This document shows positions 1 through 7,818 of a stretch of 64,000 bases of DNA, piece by piece. Each line of letters opens with the position of its first letter. Position 1 is the first letter of the stretch. The stretch spans positions 77,471 to 141,470 of the forward strand of contig JBBRNJ010000010.1 of the NCBI GenBank assembly GCA_038230375.1, written 5' to 3'. The notes below the pieces were generated by a model. That model had not been told where the DNA came from. It made no database searches and worked only from the letters and a program-made list of their open reading frames with translations. A program made the position numbers and the translations under genes. Origin of the DNA: Polyangiales bacterium (GTDB taxonomy: Bacteria; Myxococcota_A; Polyangia; Polyangiales; Polyangiaceae).

Positions 1-590
1 GCAGCGTTCACGTAGACCACGTCGTCGATCGCGACGGCAGCCATGGGCCAGCGCGTGACACGCATCACGCGGCGGGCGTGGGTGTCCACGAGCATCCGCG
101 AGATGACCCGACCCGCGGCGCCCTCGAGCGCGCGCGTCTCGTCGTTTCGGGTGACGGTGGGAACGTCACCTTCGATCGGCGGTAGCGCGGGCGGCGTGGG
201 CTTTGCGCTCGCGTCCGGCTCGGAGAACGATCGAGTGTGAGCGACGAGCCGGCCCTTCGCGACCGTGACGTCCGCCGCGAGCAGGCAGTCCTTGTCCTGC
301 ACCGCCCGTGCGTCGTCGATGGCGCGCACCTCTTCGGCGGGCGTGATGGCACCCGCGCCCTCCGTCTCCTCCGTCACGGCCTGGGACTCGAGCGCGCCCT
401 TGAACTTGTCGGCGAGCGCCTCCTTCGATTCGGCGGGCAGCTCCTGCACGACCGCGGGGTCTGCACCCAGCGCGTCGCGCATGGACAGCTCTGCGAGCGG
501 CGGCGGAGAATCCGAGCACGCCTCGGTCGCCGTGATCGCGCACGCCGCGCCAAAGAGGGCCATCGCGGCCTTCGCGCGCGCCCAGCTCAT
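1..590 (-). CDS. Putative lipoprotein, hypothetical (3' end runs off the window)
   Basis: Not in the ORF track. Read by hand from ATG at 590, with a GGAGG-type SD just upstream: MSWARAKAAMALFGAACAITATEACSDSPPPLAELSMRDALG..., open to the window edge. Signal peptide ending in Cys. Confidence 0.7.
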   Translation of the reverse strand, partial: MSWARAKAAMALFGAACAITATEACSDSPPPLAELSMRDALGADPAVVQELPAESKEALADKFKGALESQAVTEETEGAGAITPAEEVRAIDDARAVQDKDCLLAADVTVAKGRLVAHTRSFSEPDASAKPTPPALPPIEGDVPTVTRNDETRALEGAAGRVISRMLVDTHARRVMRVTRWPMAAVAIDDVVYVNA

Positions 591-664
591 CGACCCCTCC
601 GCATGTCCGAGGAAACCTACCATCATCAGTGGACGCTCGCGCTCGGTTTTGCGATACCTCCGGA

Positions 665-1225
665 ATGCGAAACATCCTCCTCGCAGCCGGCCTCGCTGGC
701 GTCGCTGGCGTCGCTGGCCTCCTCGGCTGCAAGTCCGAGCCCGACAGGGACGTCTCGAAGCGAAAGCAGATCGAGCAGGTCGTCCAGGTCGAGGCGATCC
801 AGAACGTCTCTGCGAAGTTTCGGATGAAGATCCCCGAAGGCTTCGTGGACGGACGCTCGATGGGCATGACGTTCGTCTCCGAGCAGGGCCTGCTGGGCCC
901 CACGATCCACCTTGCTCTACGCATCGACTCGAGCGTGCCGAAGGATGCGGTCGACGCGATGAAGTACAACGATCAGAGCGAGATCTCGTTCGCGAATCGC
1001 GCTCTTCCGGATGGCTTCGTGGTCACCAACACCCCGAAGAAGGGCGACACGAACTACTACACGGTGGCCGTGCGCAGCATCCCCGGGCTGCCGACCCTGC
1101 GGTCCGGGACCAAGCTCGTGTTCCTGTGCGAGGTCACGTACGGCGGAGCGAAGGAGCTGCACCGTGAGAAGGAGCTCGTTGCGTGGATGGAGTCGCTGTG
1201 CACGGACGCCGCGCTCCAACCTTGA
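665..1225 (+). CDS. Putative lipoprotein, hypothetical
   Basis: Within ORF 629..1225. ATG at 665 gives MRNILLAAGLAGVAGVAGLLGC, a lipobox-type signal; divergent from the gene at 590. Confidence 0.75.
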   Translation: MRNILLAAGLAGVAGVAGLLGCKSEPDRDVSKRKQIEQVVQVEAIQNVSAKFRMKIPEGFVDGRSMGMTFVSEQGLLGPTIHLALRIDSSVPKDAVDAMKYNDQSEISFANRALPDGFVVTNTPKKGDTNYYTVAVRSIPGLPTLRSGTKLVFLCEVTYGGAKELHREKELVAWMESLCTDAALQP

Positions 1226-1242
1226 TGTAGTCTACATATTAT

Positions 1243-2004
1243 TCAGCCGCGGAGCAGGAGGCTCAGGCACGTCGCGCAGCCGTCGGCCTTGGCGAGCTCG
1301 GAGAGATCGATCCGCGTCACGGCGAAGCCCTCGCGCTCGAGGCGATCCGCGGTCTCCGCATAGGCGGCGCCAATGCATACCGTCTCGCCGACACAGACGA
1401 CGTTCGCGCTCTCCGCATCCACGTTCACGCGCTCGAAGCCGGGCAGGGCGTCGTCGCGAAAAAAGCGGGGGTTCGCCAGCAACCGTCCATCCGGCAGCGC
1501 GGTGCAAGCCGTCTTCAGGTGCAGGCAACCCGTGACGGCCACGGCGCGCACGTCGTAGCCCAGCGGGCGCGCGATGTCGGCCAGCGCGGAGAGCGCCGCG
1601 GCGTTCGTCCGGCCCGACTGGCCCACGAGGATGGTGCGGCCCGTGACGATCACGTCGCCGCCATCGATGGTCGCGGGCAGCTCCACGCGCACAACCTTTC
1701 GAAGCTTCGCGAGCGCTGGCTCCACCGCGGCCGGCTCGTTACGCCGTGAGAGCGCGCCCATGGAACAGAGGATGGCGAGCTCGTCGAGCACGATCGCCGT
1801 GTCCTCGATGAACACGCAGTCCGGGGACTCCGCGTCTGCGTCGATGACGACGACCGACGCACCAGCGGCCGCGAGCGCCGCGCGATAGGACGCGTGCTGC
1901 AGGTTCACCTTCGCGACGTCGATAGGCTCGTGCGCCACGAACGTGCGCACGGCGCCGTCCATCAAGGGCGAGGGAAGACGGGTGAGGGCAGTGATGGAGC
2001 TCAT
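1243..2004 (-). CDS. ddaH: Dimethylarginine dimethylaminohydrolase (amidinotransferase/pentein family)
   Basis: Motifs DCVFIEDTA, DGGDV, LHLKTAC and C-terminal DGCATCLS (catalytic Cys). ATG at 2004 with GGAAGG SD. Confidence 0.85.
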   Translation of the reverse strand: MSSITALTRLPSPLMDGAVRTFVAHEPIDVAKVNLQHASYRAALAAAGASVVVIDADAESPDCVFIEDTAIVLDELAILCSMGALSRRNEPAAVEPALAKLRKVVRVELPATIDGGDVIVTGRTILVGQSGRTNAAALSALADIARPLGYDVRAVAVTGCLHLKTACTALPDGRLLANPRFFRDDALPGFERVNVDAESANVVCVGETVCIGAAYAETADRLEREGFAVTRIDLSELAKADGCATCLSLLLRG

Positions 2005-2100
2005 GTCACCTTCCAAGCTACCGCGCTTTGTCGCGCTTCGCGCCCGCGGAGGCAGCGCGACACATTTGGCGGAATCTGGAGTAGGAAGCGGTGCCTCGAA

Positions 2101-2958
2101 ATGGAAGCGCACCTTGTTCCGCTCGATCGCGATCATCCCGGGTTCCGTGACGTCGCCTATCGACGGCGCCGCGACGCGATCGCACGTCAGGCGGAGGTGC
2201 ATGTCGCCGGCGATCCGCCTCCGCATGTAGAATACACGGATGAGGAGCACGCGGTGTGGCGCGCGGCCCTGGTTGCGCTCGCTCCGCTGCACGCGCGATA
2301 CGCGTGCGCGAGCTATCGCACGGGGTGGGAAGACGCGGCGTTGCCGAGCGACCACGTGCCGCAGCTACAGACCGTGGGCGCGCGCCTCTCCTCACTCACG
2401 TCGTTCCAGTACCAGCCCGTCTCTGGCCTGGTGACGCCTCGCCTGTTCATGGAGCGCCTGGATGACCGCTTCTTCCTGTCCACCCAGTACATGCGCCATC
2501 ACTCGATGCCGCTCTACACACCGGAGCCCGACGTCATCCACGAGCTCGTCGGGCACGCGCCGCTCCTGGCCACGCGCGCGCACGCGGATCTCAATCGGCT
2601 CTTCGGGCGCGTGACCAAGGTCTGCGACGACGAGGCGGTGTTGCGGCTCATCCGCCTCTACTGGTACGGGCTCGAGTTCGGACTCGCGCGCGAAGGCGGC
2701 GAGCTACGCGCGGTCGGCGCCGGGCTGCTGTCGTCGTTCGGTGAGCTCGGCAGGTTCGAGGCCTCCGCGAAGCTCGAGCCGTTCGACGTCGACGTGATTG
2801 CTCGCACGCCGTTCGATCCGACCTCGTACCAGTCGACGCTCTTCGTCGCCGACTCCGAGGACGCGCTCCTGTCCGCGCTGGAATCCGCGCTGGAATCGGC
2901 GCTGGAATCCGCGCTGGAATCGGCGGGGCAATCGGCGCTAGATACCGCCGGTAGCTGA
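2101..2958 (+). CDS. phhA: Phenylalanine 4-monooxygenase (biopterin-dependent aromatic amino acid hydroxylase)
   Basis: DHPGFRDVAYRRRR, YTPEPDVIHELVGH (two Fe-ligand His), YWYGLEFGL (Fe-ligand Glu), GAGLLSS. Confidence 0.9.
   Translation: MEAHLVPLDRDHPGFRDVAYRRRRDAIARQAEVHVAGDPPPHVEYTDEEHAVWRAALVALAPLHARYACASYRTGWEDAALPSDHVPQLQTVGARLSSLTSFQYQPVSGLVTPRLFMERLDDRFFLSTQYMRHHSMPLYTPEPDVIHELVGHAPLLATRAHADLNRLFGRVTKVCDDEAVLRLIRLYWYGLEFGLAREGGELRAVGAGLLSSFGELGRFEASAKLEPFDVDVIARTPFDPTSYQSTLFVADSEDALLSALESALESALESALESAGQSALDTAGS
2872..2940 (+). repeat. 12-bp tandem repeat (GAATCSGCGCTG, about 5 copies) encoding an ESAL tail
   Basis: Seen directly: gaatccgcgctg gaatcggcgctg gaatccgcgctg gaatcggcgggg caatcggcgcta. 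Confidence 0.9.
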
Positions 2959-3009
2959 TCTTCGTGGTGTTTGAGCGGGCCCTTCTGGGGCTATCATGGG
3001 CGATCCACG

Positions 3010-5145
3010 ATGGATGACAGGCGCGATCCCAGGCCCGAGGGCGAACCGGCAAGCAAGCGTGTCGAGGTGATCGAGAGCCGCAACGCGGCCACGAGCGCCG
3101 TGCTCGATCTGAAGCGAGAGCTGATCCGGCTCACGGAGCGAGCTCAGGTCGTCGAGTCCTCGCTGACGGTGGAGCGACGTCAGCGCGGCGAAGCGCTCGC
3201 CGAGGTCGAGACCCACAAGGGGCGCGAGGCCGCCGCACAGGAGCGCGCGAAGGCCGCCGAGGAGCGCGCGAAGGCCGCCGAGGAGCGGACGAAGATCGCC
3301 GAGGTGCGCGCGAAGACCTCGGAGGGGCGGTCTCGAACGGCCGAAGATCGCGCGAAGATGACCGAGGACCGCGCGAACGCCGCGATCGAGCGCGCGAAGA
3401 AGGCGGAGGACCGCGCGAAGGCGAGCGAGGACCAGGCGAAGGTCGCCGAGGACGAGGCCCGTGCCGCCGAGGAGCGGGCGATCACCGCGGAGGAGCACGC
3501 GAAGGTCTCGCACGAGCGCGCGAAGGCCGCCGAGGAGCGTGCGATCACCGCGGAGGAGCGCGCAAAGGCCACCGAGGAGCGCGCGCGGGCAACCGAGGAA
3601 CGCGCGAAGGCCGCGGAGGAGCGCGCGAAGGCATCCGAGGACCGCGCCAAGGCTGCGGAGGACCGCGCAAGGGCCACCGACGTGCTCGCGAGGGCCGCGG
3701 AGGCGTTCGCCATGGAAGCGGAGGACCGCGCAAAGGCGGCCGAGCAGCAAGCCGAGGCAGAGAAGGAGAGGGCGGACGCATCGGAGGCCGCGGAGGCGGC
3801 GATAAGCCGCAACCTCCTCGAGCTCCACGATGAAGTGAAGACGGCGTTCTCGCGCATTCCCTCGTTCGCGCCGCCGCCGCCGAGCGCAACGGAGACCGCG
3901 GTCGATCAGCTCGGCGTGGAGGACATCCCCGGCCCCGCTGCCATGCCGCGGATGTCGCGCTCGAAGCCACCGTCGCAAGCGCCCTCGCAACCATTGCGCC
4001 CGCTCTCCCAGCCTCCGTCAATCCCATCCCCCGCATCGCAGCCGCCGTCGGAGCCACCGAAGAAGGTGGTGGAGCCTGACCCGTTTCCTTCCATCAGACC
4101 TCCGCCGCCGGCGATCTACTCCAGTCCGCCGCCGCCTCAGCGGCTCCCTCCACCGCCCACTCCGCGACCGAAGCTGCGCTCGAATCCGCCCGACGCCACG
4201 CCAGCAGCGCCTGGGGTGCAGACCGTTGCGCGCGCCGTGACGCCGCGTCCGCCGCCCGTCGTACTGGACGTGCCGGTCGCCATGGGCTCCGTCGATCCGC
4301 CGATCGTGACGGCGCCGTCCATGTCGCGCTCCACGCCGGAGCTCGCCTCCCTGGATGACGAGTGGTCGAAGCCGATGCTGCTGGATATGCCTCTGCCGGT
4401 GCGGCAGGAGCGAGACGCATTGCTGCGTGAGCTCTCGGATCCAGAGAGCGCGCTCGCGGCCGTTGTCGCGCTCAAGGGGCGCGACTGGCTGAGAGGTCTC
4501 CCGCCCGAGTCGCTCGTGAACGACCTTGCCGCCATCGACTACGACGACGAGTGTGCGGTGTTCGAGATCGCGCGCGGGTGGGAGCGTGGGGCCATGTCCC
4601 AGTCGGTCGTCATTCATCTCCAGGCCGAGACCGACGGCAAGCGCCGCGAGCACGACGCGTGGCTCGTGCAGCATCTTGGCGCCGCGACGGATTGCCAGGC
4701 GATCTGCGACATCGCGGTGCGACGAGAAGAGGCGACGGCCACGCGAATCTGGCTCCTCAAGGCGCTGGCGCGGCTGGCTGCGGCGCACTCGATCGACTGG
4801 CAGGAGTTGCTCACACCCATGATGATCATTGCGTTCGACCCCGACGCGACGATTCGCGATGGCGCGACGGCGGTGATCGATGCGCTGCCCAAGGGCGACG
4901 AGAAGCGCCGCATTCTCCTGGATATCCTGCGCAAGGACGATGACGAGAACGTCCTGTCGCGCGCGATCCAGGCCATCGGGGGCACGTTGCCCATCGAGAT
5001 CGGAACCGCTCTGGCGGAGCGCCTCCTCAGCCACCGCAGCCCGCGCGTACAGGACGCCGTACGCGACCTCATTGCGCTTGCGCGCGCGCGTCGGTCCCAG
5101 ATGCCGCCACCTCGCGGCAGCATGCCGCCCGGCTCCAGCAGCTAG
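3010..5145 (+). CDS. Coiled-coil / Pro-rich / HEAT-like repeat protein, hypothetical
   Basis: N-terminal AEERAKA heptads, central Pro-rich linker, C-terminal helical repeats (DPDATIRDGATAVIDAL, DDDENVLSRAIQAIG, HRSPRVQDAV). Confidence 0.8.
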   Translation: MDDRRDPRPEGEPASKRVEVIESRNAATSAVLDLKRELIRLTERAQVVESSLTVERRQRGEALAEVETHKGREAAAQERAKAAEERAKAAEERTKIAEVRAKTSEGRSRTAEDRAKMTEDRANAAIERAKKAEDRAKASEDQAKVAEDEARAAEERAITAEEHAKVSHERAKAAEERAITAEERAKATEERARATEERAKAAEERAKASEDRAKAAEDRARATDVLARAAEAFAMEAEDRAKAAEQQAEAEKERADASEAAEAAISRNLLELHDEVKTAFSRIPSFAPPPPSATETAVDQLGVEDIPGPAAMPRMSRSKPPSQAPSQPLRPLSQPPSIPSPASQPPSEPPKKVVEPDPFPSIRPPPPAIYSSPPPPQRLPPPPTPRPKLRSNPPDATPAAPGVQTVARAVTPRPPPVVLDVPVAMGSVDPPIVTAPSMSRSTPELASLDDEWSKPMLLDMPLPVRQERDALLRELSDPESALAAVVALKGRDWLRGLPPESLVNDLAAIDYDDECAVFEIARGWERGAMSQSVVIHLQAETDGKRREHDAWLVQHLGAATDCQAICDIAVRREEATATRIWLLKALARLAAAHSIDWQELLTPMMIIAFDPDATIRDGATAVIDALPKGDEKRRILLDILRKDDDENVLSRAIQAIGGTLPIEIGTALAERLLSHRSPRVQDAVRDLIALARARRSQMPPPRGSMPPGSSS
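3235..3780 (+). repeat. Degenerate 21-bp tandem array (about 26 units) encoding AEERAKA heptads
   Basis: Repeated gaggagcgcgcgaaggccgcc-like units, in frame with the CDS. Confidence 0.9.
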
Positions 5146-5151
5146 TTCGCC

Positions 5152-5961
5152 ATGACCGTCACCCTGACGATCCGCTTGCCCCCTCCGCGAATGCCGGCGT
5201 GGTACCCGCCGCAGGATCCTGCCGCGCCTCATGTCTACGAGCTGGGCGAATCCCAGATGAAGTTCGTGCAGCGCGTGCTGCTGCGCGCCGGCGTCCTTGC
5301 AGGGCCTGACAACTTCGACGGCTCCGTCGAGAGCTGTGGTGCGATCGCACGTGCGCTCAGAGGGCTCGTTGGCGACACACGCGAAGGTGGCGCGTTCGAT
5401 GAGCTCCACACCGAGTCGATGCGAAACGATCTGTTTCACTTCGGAGCCTTCAACGCCGTCGCGGCCGACTGCGACGGCTACGAGGTCGCCGGTGACGTGC
5501 CGGACGTCCCGGAGAGCGAAGCCGGGAACGAGAATGGCGACGACGACAACGACGAAGAGCTGGAGCCGTTCCTCGACTGGGCCGCACTGCGAGCATGGGC
5601 CGCCGAGAGCTACGAGATCGAGGACGAGGGAGGAGACATCTTCTCGTTCGTGGTGGACTGGACGGACACCGAGCGGACGCAGCGCGTGGTCGTGCGCCCA
5701 GCGACGGTCCAGGACGAGATGTGTGCCGTCTTCGCGAGCTTCGTTGCGCGCAAGGATCAGGTGGACCCCTGGCTCTTGCTGTCACGCAACCTGACGGACG
5801 CGTTCGCCACGTTCGGTCTGGACGATGAAGGGCGCGTCCTTCTCACCTGCACATTCCCCGTCGCCGTGCTGGCCCCCGGGCGATTTCACGCGATCGTGGA
5901 CGTGCTTGCGGCTCGCGCGGACGACGCCGAGCACGAATTCACGGACGCCGACGAGTTCTGA
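5152..5961 (+). CDS. Hypothetical protein with a possible C-terminal YbjN/T3SS-chaperone-like domain
   Basis: 269-aa ORF with an acidic linker, followed by RTQRVVVR...LLSRNLTDAFATFGLDDEGRVLL...LAARADDAEHEFTDADEF. Confidence 0.6.
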   Translation: MTVTLTIRLPPPRMPAWYPPQDPAAPHVYELGESQMKFVQRVLLRAGVLAGPDNFDGSVESCGAIARALRGLVGDTREGGAFDELHTESMRNDLFHFGAFNAVAADCDGYEVAGDVPDVPESEAGNENGDDDNDEELEPFLDWAALRAWAAESYEIEDEGGDIFSFVVDWTDTERTQRVVVRPATVQDEMCAVFASFVARKDQVDPWLLLSRNLTDAFATFGLDDEGRVLLTCTFPVAVLAPGRFHAIVDVLAARADDAEHEFTDADEF

Positions 5962-5966
5962 ACACC

Positions 5967-6647
5967 ATGCGCGCGCTCAGCACGGGCCAGTGGGAAGAAG
6001 AGGTCTTGGGCGACCTGCGCTACCGCGTGCTCTTGCCCCACGACTACTCGCCCGCGCGCAAGTACCCCCTCGTGGTGTTCCTCCACGGCAGCGGCGAGCG
6101 TGGCAGCGACAACGTCGCGCAGCTCACCAAGGGCGTTGGGGCCTTCAACACCAAGCACGTTCGCTCGCGCTTTCCGTGCATCGTCGTTGCGCCGCAGGCA
6201 CCGGGCGGCGGCTCGTTCGGCGGGGCGTGGTACCCCGGGCTCTGGGCCACGCAGGACGCAGTGGCGCGACTCACGCGCGAGCTCGCGGGGCGACGCACCG
6301 TCGATCGCAGTCGGATGTACCTGGCAGGGCTCTCCATGGGCGCCATCGGCGGCTGGGAGCTCCTGGTGCGCCACCCGGAGCTCTTCGCGGCGGCGATGCT
6401 CGTGTGTGGTGAGCCGAAGGTCGGGTGGGCGGAAGCGCTCGCCGGCATTCCGGTCTGGGCGTTCCACGGCTCCGCGGACGACGTGGTGCCCGTGGAGCCA
6501 GCCAAGGCGCTGTGCGAGGAGCTCACGCGCCGCGGCAGTCCCGTGAAGTGGACGGAGTACGCGGGCGTGGGGCACAGCTCGTGGGACCGCGCCTTCGGCG
6601 AAGCGGCGGTCTACGAGTGGCTCTTCGCCCATAGGCGCGGCGCGTGA
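5967..6647 (+). CDS. Alpha/beta hydrolase (phospholipase/carboxylesterase or predicted peptidase)
   Basis: YPLVVFLHGSGERGSDN, nucleophile elbow GLSMG, FHGSADDVVP (Asp), GVGH (His). Confidence 0.9.
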   Translation: MRALSTGQWEEEVLGDLRYRVLLPHDYSPARKYPLVVFLHGSGERGSDNVAQLTKGVGAFNTKHVRSRFPCIVVAPQAPGGGSFGGAWYPGLWATQDAVARLTRELAGRRTVDRSRMYLAGLSMGAIGGWELLVRHPELFAAAMLVCGEPKVGWAEALAGIPVWAFHGSADDVVPVEPAKALCEELTRRGSPVKWTEYAGVGHSSWDRAFGEAAVYEWLFAHRRGA

Positions 6648-6706
6648 ACGCGCTTCAGTGCTCGATCCTCACGACGCTCAAAGATGGCAGCTCGCTCGAA
6701 GGTCAC

Positions 6707-6968
6707 TCACTGCGCGGCTGCCCTTTCGGCAACCGGGTTCTCGGTCGCGTGGAAGACGCGCGTGGTCGGAAAGGCCAGGTGCACGTCGGGCAACGCTTCG
6801 ATGGCCGCGAGCACGAACTCCCACATGTCCCCGCGATGATGCTCGCGAGACGCGGCGCACCAGGGCATAGGCGAGCAAGACGACGATGGACAGCAGGATG
6901 CGCCACGCCAGCGGCGACGTACCGAACGTCGTGTGGAATGCCTCTTCGGCGCGGGTGAACGGGTTCAA
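6707..6968 (-). pseudogene. Probable internally deleted MscS-family mechanosensitive channel remnant
   Basis: The 5' part from TTG 6968 encodes a TM helix (WRILLSIVVLLAYALVRR). A different frame, 6826..6707, encodes MWEFVLAAIEALPDVHLAFPTTRVFHATE, resembling the MscS C-terminal I/L-A-F/Y-P-T motif. The channel core is absent. Confidence 0.55.
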
Positions 6969-7237
6969 GACTCCTCCTCTTTGGCCTTGGCCTTGCCCTT
7001 CTCGCCGTCCTCGTCACGACCGACCTCGCGCGCGGAGCCGAACATCGAGAAGCCGCCCGCGATGGCCGCGATGCCCATGAGCGGGAGCATCAGGTACACG
7101 AGCGCGTCCCCAGCGCGTTCGTTCTTGTGGAGGTGGGTCATCCGGTAGCAACCCGCGCCGCCAAACCCGAGCCCCGCGCAGATGAACACGACGCCTCCGA
7201 CCCACATCGTGTAGCGACCCCCGCCCATTCCAGCCAT
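6965..7237 (-). CDS. Small membrane protein (2 TM), hypothetical
   Basis: 90-aa ORF with two hydrophobic segments and a charged tail; its stop overlaps the next start (TTGA). Confidence 0.65.
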   Translation of the reverse strand: MAGMGGGRYTMWVGGVVFICAGLGFGGAGCYRMTHLHKNERAGDALVYLMLPLMGIAAIAGGFSMFGSAREVGRDEDGEKGKAKAKEEES

Positions 7238-7314
7238 GGAGACAGTCTACCTCTGGAAGCGGGCGCCCAGTGATCGCAACGCGCACGTCGTTTTCGCGTA
7301 GGCTCGGAATCGCG

Positions 7315-7800
7315 ATGGTAGCTCTCACGTCAAAGACCCAGCGTGCCGTCTGCGCCCTCGCCCTGCTCTCGCTCACGAGCTGCGACCCGCTCGTCGGAGT
7401 GAGCCTGCGGATCAATGTGCCTGCCGCCACGCAGGCCGCGTACAGCGGTGGCTACCCCGCGGAGGTCGTCGTGTTGTACCACCGCAGCGGGATGATCGGC
7501 GAGATCGAGTACTACCGCGTGGGCGTGCTCTGCGAGGCGACCCCGCAGCCGATCACGTTCAAGGCAGGCTTCGGCGGAATCGGCTGCGCGGACGAGAAGC
7601 CCGTGAAGGCCTGGATCCTCCCGCTCGGACCGGGTGACAAGCGGGCGTGCGGACAGAGTCCGGAGCCCGAGCGCCTCCTCGACAAGCAGGTATCGGAGAA
7701 GCCGTGGGGCGAGGCGGTGGTGTTTCCAGGGGTGAAGAACAGCTGCGGCAACCGCGAGACCGAGGTCGACGTGAACCTCACCGCACCCGCCCAGAAGTAG
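7315..7800 (+). CDS. Putative lipoprotein, hypothetical
   Basis: MVALTSKTQRAVCALALLSLTSC lipobox; several Cys residues. Confidence 0.7.
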   Translation: MVALTSKTQRAVCALALLSLTSCDPLVGVSLRINVPAATQAAYSGGYPAEVVVLYHRSGMIGEIEYYRVGVLCEATPQPITFKAGFGGIGCADEKPVKAWILPLGPGDKRACGQSPEPERLLDKQVSEKPWGEAVVFPGVKNSCGNRETEVDVNLTAPAQK

Positions 7801-7818
7801 GGTGCGGGCCGAGCTGCG

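Noticed and set aside
3235..3780. 21-bp periodic array considered as a CRISPR or non-coding repeat
   Set aside because: No spacers, variation follows codon structure, it is in frame within a CDS, and no cas genes are present.
2938..3990. Leu/Arg-periodic 350-aa minus ORF resembling an LRR or membrane protein
   Set aside because: It is the reverse complement of the heptad repeat.
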